64,000 nucleotides of DNA from Candidatus Kapaibacterium sp. (GTDB lineage Bacteria; Bacteroidota; Ignavibacteria; Kapaibacteriales; UBA2268): contig OY761611.1 in the NCBI GenBank assembly GCA_963664875.1, forward strand, positions 1,792,001 to 1,856,000. The letters are read 5' to 3'. The notes under the pieces were generated by a model. The model was not told the origin of the DNA. It did not search any database and saw only the letters and a list, made by a program, of their open reading frames with translations. Of the stretch, positions 60,461-64,000 are shown in pieces. The position numbers and the translations under genes are program-made. The stretch's first letter is position 1. Each line of letters opens with the position of its first letter.

Positions 60461-61000
60461 CTAATTATTCAGAGAGATACCGCGAGGGTTGTGGTAAATT
60501 GAATTTGCCACTACGCCCCATATTTCAAATTTATCGTCACTTTTCACTTTCAAAGTAGGATATTTATCATTTTCAGGTTTTAGGAAGATGCCTTCTTCTG
60601 TTTTTTGAAAAGTTTTTAGTACTAATTCGTTATTGATTTTTGCGACTACTATATCGTTATTTTTTGCTTGCTTATTTCTATCTACAAAAACAAATCCACC
60701 GTTTTTGATGCCCGCACCAATCATAGAATCGCCCGACACTCTCATCATGAAATAGTTGGCATTTTTATCCACTATCATTGCATTTAAGTTGCCTGTTCTC
60801 GATTCGAGGTTTGTCGCTTCTCCGGTGAAAGTAATGTAGTTTTGCTTGCAAACCGATTTATTAAAATATTTCGAAGCTATAGATACCTTATCACTAATCG
60901 TGCCTATTTTTTGTTTTTCCGGCACTTCTTGATTTGTTACAGCGTTGTAATTAGTCTTGTGAAATCTCTTATTAAGTTTAGTACTGATATTCATAGTCAT
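60461..61000 (-). CDS. Peptidase S24 family (UmuD/LexA C-terminal-like) protein without HTH
   Basis: YFMMRVSGDSMIGAGI (catalytic Ser), ELVLK (catalytic Lys), LKPENDKY, EIWGVV. Confidence 0.85.
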   Translation of the reverse strand: MTMNISTKLNKRFHKTNYNAVTNQEVPEKQKIGTISDKVSIASKYFNKSVCKQNYITFTGEATNLESRTGNLNAMIVDKNANYFMMRVSGDSMIGAGIKNGGFVFVDRNKQAKNNDIVVAKINNELVLKTFQKTEEGIFLKPENDKYPTLKVKSDDKFEIWGVVANSIYHNPRGISLNN

Positions 61001-61226
61001 TCCCTTTACAAAATCTCTTTATGCTTGTACCAATATACTATCATTTACCGTGCCATTTTTACACATACGCTAATAGTCTTACATTTCAGAGATTTACCTT
61101 AAGCTGAATCTATTTCCTGTCAGGAAGTATTTAAATTGTCGCATTGTTAAGTATTTTGTATCAGTATAGTTTGTTGTTCTGATGTGCTTGCGGTGTTGTG
61201 GTTAGATATATCGTTTAGAGCTTTGC

Positions 61227-62099
61227 TTATAAACTACTCTGTAAAGCAGTCTCCAAAACTTTCTTTATTCGCAAATAGTCTTCTTTATTTACCAGGTTTG
61301 TCATCAGAGACAATTCTAAAGTAGCAAGTGAGGAGTAACAATAAATTCGTATAAGCTGTGGGTCTTCTAACGCTATTATATGCTGACTTACTGCAGCTGC
61401 ATCTGCTCTGGCGATAGGCCCGGTCAGTGGTATGTGGCTATCAGCAAATGCCGTTATATTATTCTCTAATGTTTTGCGAGTGATAGGAGCTATAAACTCT
61501 GTTGGAGGTATCCCGGCTTTCTCGGCTATAAGTTTGCCGGACTGCAGCGAAGTAGTCATATTGTTAGAACTCATGACAGCAGAGCAATGATAAAGTGCCT
61601 TTTGCATCGCATCATCCAATCTAAGTCTGCAATGCCCACCTCCGAGTACTTCGACAAATCTAACACATTCAGCATAGATTACATCTGAACATTCGACTCC
61701 CCATTGCACATCTTTTAAGTTAGATTTATCAGCATAAGCAAAAGTCTGAAACGGATGAATTGCAGCTACACCTCGGCTAAGCTGCGACAAAGCCGAAAGA
61801 GAATTAGCAGATTTTACACCTGATGAATGTGCAAATATAGATTGTGTTGCAAATGGATAATTTAAAGCTAAATCTTCTGCCAAAGTTGCCAATGCAGTGT
61901 CAGCTATTGCAATATATATGAATTGGGTTTCCGGAAGATCGCAAAGGCTGCTAAAAGCTAAGCCATTATATTTGGAGGGTATATTTTCGATATCTATATC
62001 AAATATAAAAGCGAGCTTCCCCTCATCGAAGAGAAGCTCAGCTATACTAAGTCCTACTTTTCCTGCACCTATGATTCCATATTTCAAGGTTTCAGTCAT
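61227..62099 (-). CDS. Rossmann-like + DUF2520 oxidoreductase
   Basis: IIGAGKVG, HSSG, HPFQTF, YHCSAVMSSN, LTGPIARAD. Confidence 0.85.
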   Translation of the reverse strand: MTETLKYGIIGAGKVGLSIAELLFDEGKLAFIFDIDIENIPSKYNGLAFSSLCDLPETQFIYIAIADTALATLAEDLALNYPFATQSIFAHSSGVKSANSLSALSQLSRGVAAIHPFQTFAYADKSNLKDVQWGVECSDVIYAECVRFVEVLGGGHCRLRLDDAMQKALYHCSAVMSSNNMTTSLQSGKLIAEKAGIPPTEFIAPITRKTLENNITAFADSHIPLTGPIARADAAAVSQHIIALEDPQLIRIYCYSSLATLELSLMTNLVNKEDYLRIKKVLETALQSSL

Positions 62100-62110
62100 G
62101 TAGTTACATT

Positions 62111-63565
62111 TTATATTTTGATAATTTCGTAAGTAAACTTATTATCTTTTATGATGTAGCCAAGGTCTTGTATTCTGTCTCTTAGCTCATCAGCCAAAGC
62201 CCATTCCTGGCTTGCTTTTGCTTTAAATCTTCTGTCTGCCAATTCTTTTACTTCGGTAGGGATTTCTTCCACGATTGAAGCTTTTGAAGTTATCAGCCAA
62301 ACACCAAAAATGCCATTCAATTCTCTAAACAAATCGATTAGTGCTTTTTTGGAAATTTGAGAAAGCTCGTTAGCCGGGTTATCGTTTATAAATGTAAATA
62401 TTGATGCAAGAGCTTTAGGAGTATGCAAATCTTCAGCTAAGTGACCGAATACTTCTTCTCTGAGCATATTTACTTCGATAAACTCATCGCCGTCAATATC
62501 TTCGTGCAATTCGTAGATGTAATCCTGAATACGAAGTCTTGCTTTTTTAGCAGCTTTGATACCGTCAAAAGTGAAATTGAATTTGGTGCCATAGTGTGCA
62601 GAAAGCATAGAGAATCTAATATCGAGCGGATCGATTCCTTTGTTGATTAAATCACGCAAAGTAAAGAAATTACCTGCTGATTTGCTCATTTTTTTGCCTT
62701 CTACTTCAAGGAATTCGTTGTGGCACCAGAAGTTATTAGGGTCAACGCCGTAGCCGGCTTTTGACTGTGCAATCTCATCTTCGTGGTGAGGGAATTTCAA
62801 ATCTACGCCACCTGTGTGGATGTCAAAAGGAATACCAAGTATTTCGTATTCCATAGCTGAACACTCGATGTGCCAACCCGGACGTCCCGGACATGGCATG
62901 CCATATACGCTGAAATTCCAGAATGGCTCGCCGTCTTTTCTGCCTTTCCAAATCACAAAGTCATGAGCTGTTTCTTTTTCGTACTCATCAGAATCAACTC
63001 TTTCGCCCGGCTTGAAGTTTTCGAAATCGATTTTTTTCAATTTGCCGTAGATGTCTGAGTTACGCCACTTAGTTACATCAAAATATACAGAGCCTTTAGA
63101 AACATAAGCATAACCATTATCAATGATTCTGCGAATCAAATCCTGCATATGAGGAATGTATTCCGTTGCTTTTGGCATAGAATGTAAGTCAGAGCTTCGG
63201 ATTCCAAGAGCTTCGATATCTTTGACAAATTCTTCGAAATAAAACTCTGTAAAGAGTTTTAGATTTTCCTTAGGATCATTGGTTTGAAATCCCATTTCAG
63301 GTTTCCAGGCACCGCTGCCTTTGGCACTGTCTCTGATGGTCTTGTCGTCAATATTAGTGATATTCATCACCCATTGGACTTTATAGCCACCTACAGTTTT
63401 GAGCACTCTTTGCAATAAATCTGCAAAAAGAAACGAACGCATATTGCCGATGTGAGCGTAGCTGTACACAGTCGGACCGCAAGAGTATAATTTAACCTCT
63501 TCGCCATATAAAGGCTTGAAGGGTTGCACTTTCTGTGAAAGCGAGTTGAATAGTTTTATTTGCAT
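62111..63565 (-). CDS. cysS: Cysteine--tRNA ligase
   Basis: [34 protein letters not shown]; start MQIKLFNS at 63565. Confidence 0.97.
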   Translation of the reverse strand: MQIKLFNSLSQKVQPFKPLYGEEVKLYSCGPTVYSYAHIGNMRSFLFADLLQRVLKTVGGYKVQWVMNITNIDDKTIRDSAKGSGAWKPEMGFQTNDPKENLKLFTEFYFEEFVKDIEALGIRSSDLHSMPKATEYIPHMQDLIRRIIDNGYAYVSKGSVYFDVTKWRNSDIYGKLKKIDFENFKPGERVDSDEYEKETAHDFVIWKGRKDGEPFWNFSVYGMPCPGRPGWHIECSAMEYEILGIPFDIHTGGVDLKFPHHEDEIAQSKAGYGVDPNNFWCHNEFLEVEGKKMSKSAGNFFTLRDLINKGIDPLDIRFSMLSAHYGTKFNFTFDGIKAAKKARLRIQDYIYELHEDIDGDEFIEVNMLREEVFGHLAEDLHTPKALASIFTFINDNPANELSQISKKALIDLFRELNGIFGVWLITSKASIVEEIPTEVKELADRRFKAKASQEWALADELRDRIQDLGYIIKDNKFTYEIIKI

Positions 63566-63754
63566 GGATATTAATATATAGTGAACCAACAAAACATTGC
63601 ATATAAAATCGGAAAATATTTTGATTGAAACAAAAATATTCCTTTCATAATTGATAAAAAATGCAGATAATGCTATCTTTTAGCAAAAATATTTTATACA
63701 TAGACTCTTATTTCAAGATTTATTGCAATTTGTTGACTAAAAGGGCTTTGAAAA

Positions 63755-64000
63755 GTGCATAAAACCACATATAATGAATATGAACTTCGCTATTTACTTC
63801 ATGATAATATTCATTTTACAGATGCAATTTATCTGCATGAAGGGTTAGGTAGCATAAAGTCTTGGGGCGATCTACCCATAACTTTGTACAAACAACTACC
63901 TATCAATTCTGTTTTGTACAACCGCATTCCACATGGACAAACTAAAGCCACTTTGCCTTCCAAATATCATTATTTTGACTTCCAAGTCGAAGAACTTTCA
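63755..64000 (+). CDS. Alpha/beta hydrolase, N-terminal part (runs off the window)
   Basis: Hand translation from GTG at 63755: ...AIYLHEGLGSIKSWGDLP... (HEGLGS motif); no stop before the window end. Confidence 0.65.
   Translation, partial: MHKTTYNEYELRYLLHDNIHFTDAIYLHEGLGSIKSWGDLPITLYKQLPINSVLYNRIPHGQTKATLPSKYHYFDFQVEELS

Noticed and set aside
2671-63058. Numerous 60-180 aa ORFs antisense to or overlapping long genes
   Set aside because: No recognisable motifs; explained as shadow ORFs of well-supported genes

Overview
AT-rich chromosomal window from an FCB-superphylum bacterium, probably Kapabacteria/Ignavibacteria-like (inference: type IX secretion C-terminal domains and TAnnTTTG promoters occur alongside clear AGGAG ribosome-binding sites, an MCP and [FeFe]-hydrogenase maturases). 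Housekeeping genes (uvrB, aconitase, dapA, cysS, two cyclophilins, hydG/hydE, three Hsp20) are interleaved with accessory secreted-protein loci. No rRNA, tRNA, CRISPR array, integrase or transposase was seen. Most notable: (1) a 2309-aa T9SS substrate with two nested flagellar-hook (FlgE D2-like) segments inside a LamG domain, plus cohesin-like and dockerin domains in the same chain; (2) an edge-truncated voltage-gated channel with a TGEGWPD (CavMr-like) filter fused to an RCK domain; (3) a 7-kb island bracketed by a duplicated terminator, holding a Cys-rich secreted protein and four tandem mosaic T9SS paralogs with homogenised C-termini; (4) two divergent lipoproteins sharing an identical 91-bp structured upstream element, one with a bacteriocin-like tail followed by small membrane ORFs; (5) a T9SS gene behind a duplicated promoter and a relic of its neighbour; (6) a degenerate three-unit G6-hairpin array downstream of a solo UmuD-like peptidase. 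All family assignments come from motif recognition by eye; no searches were run.
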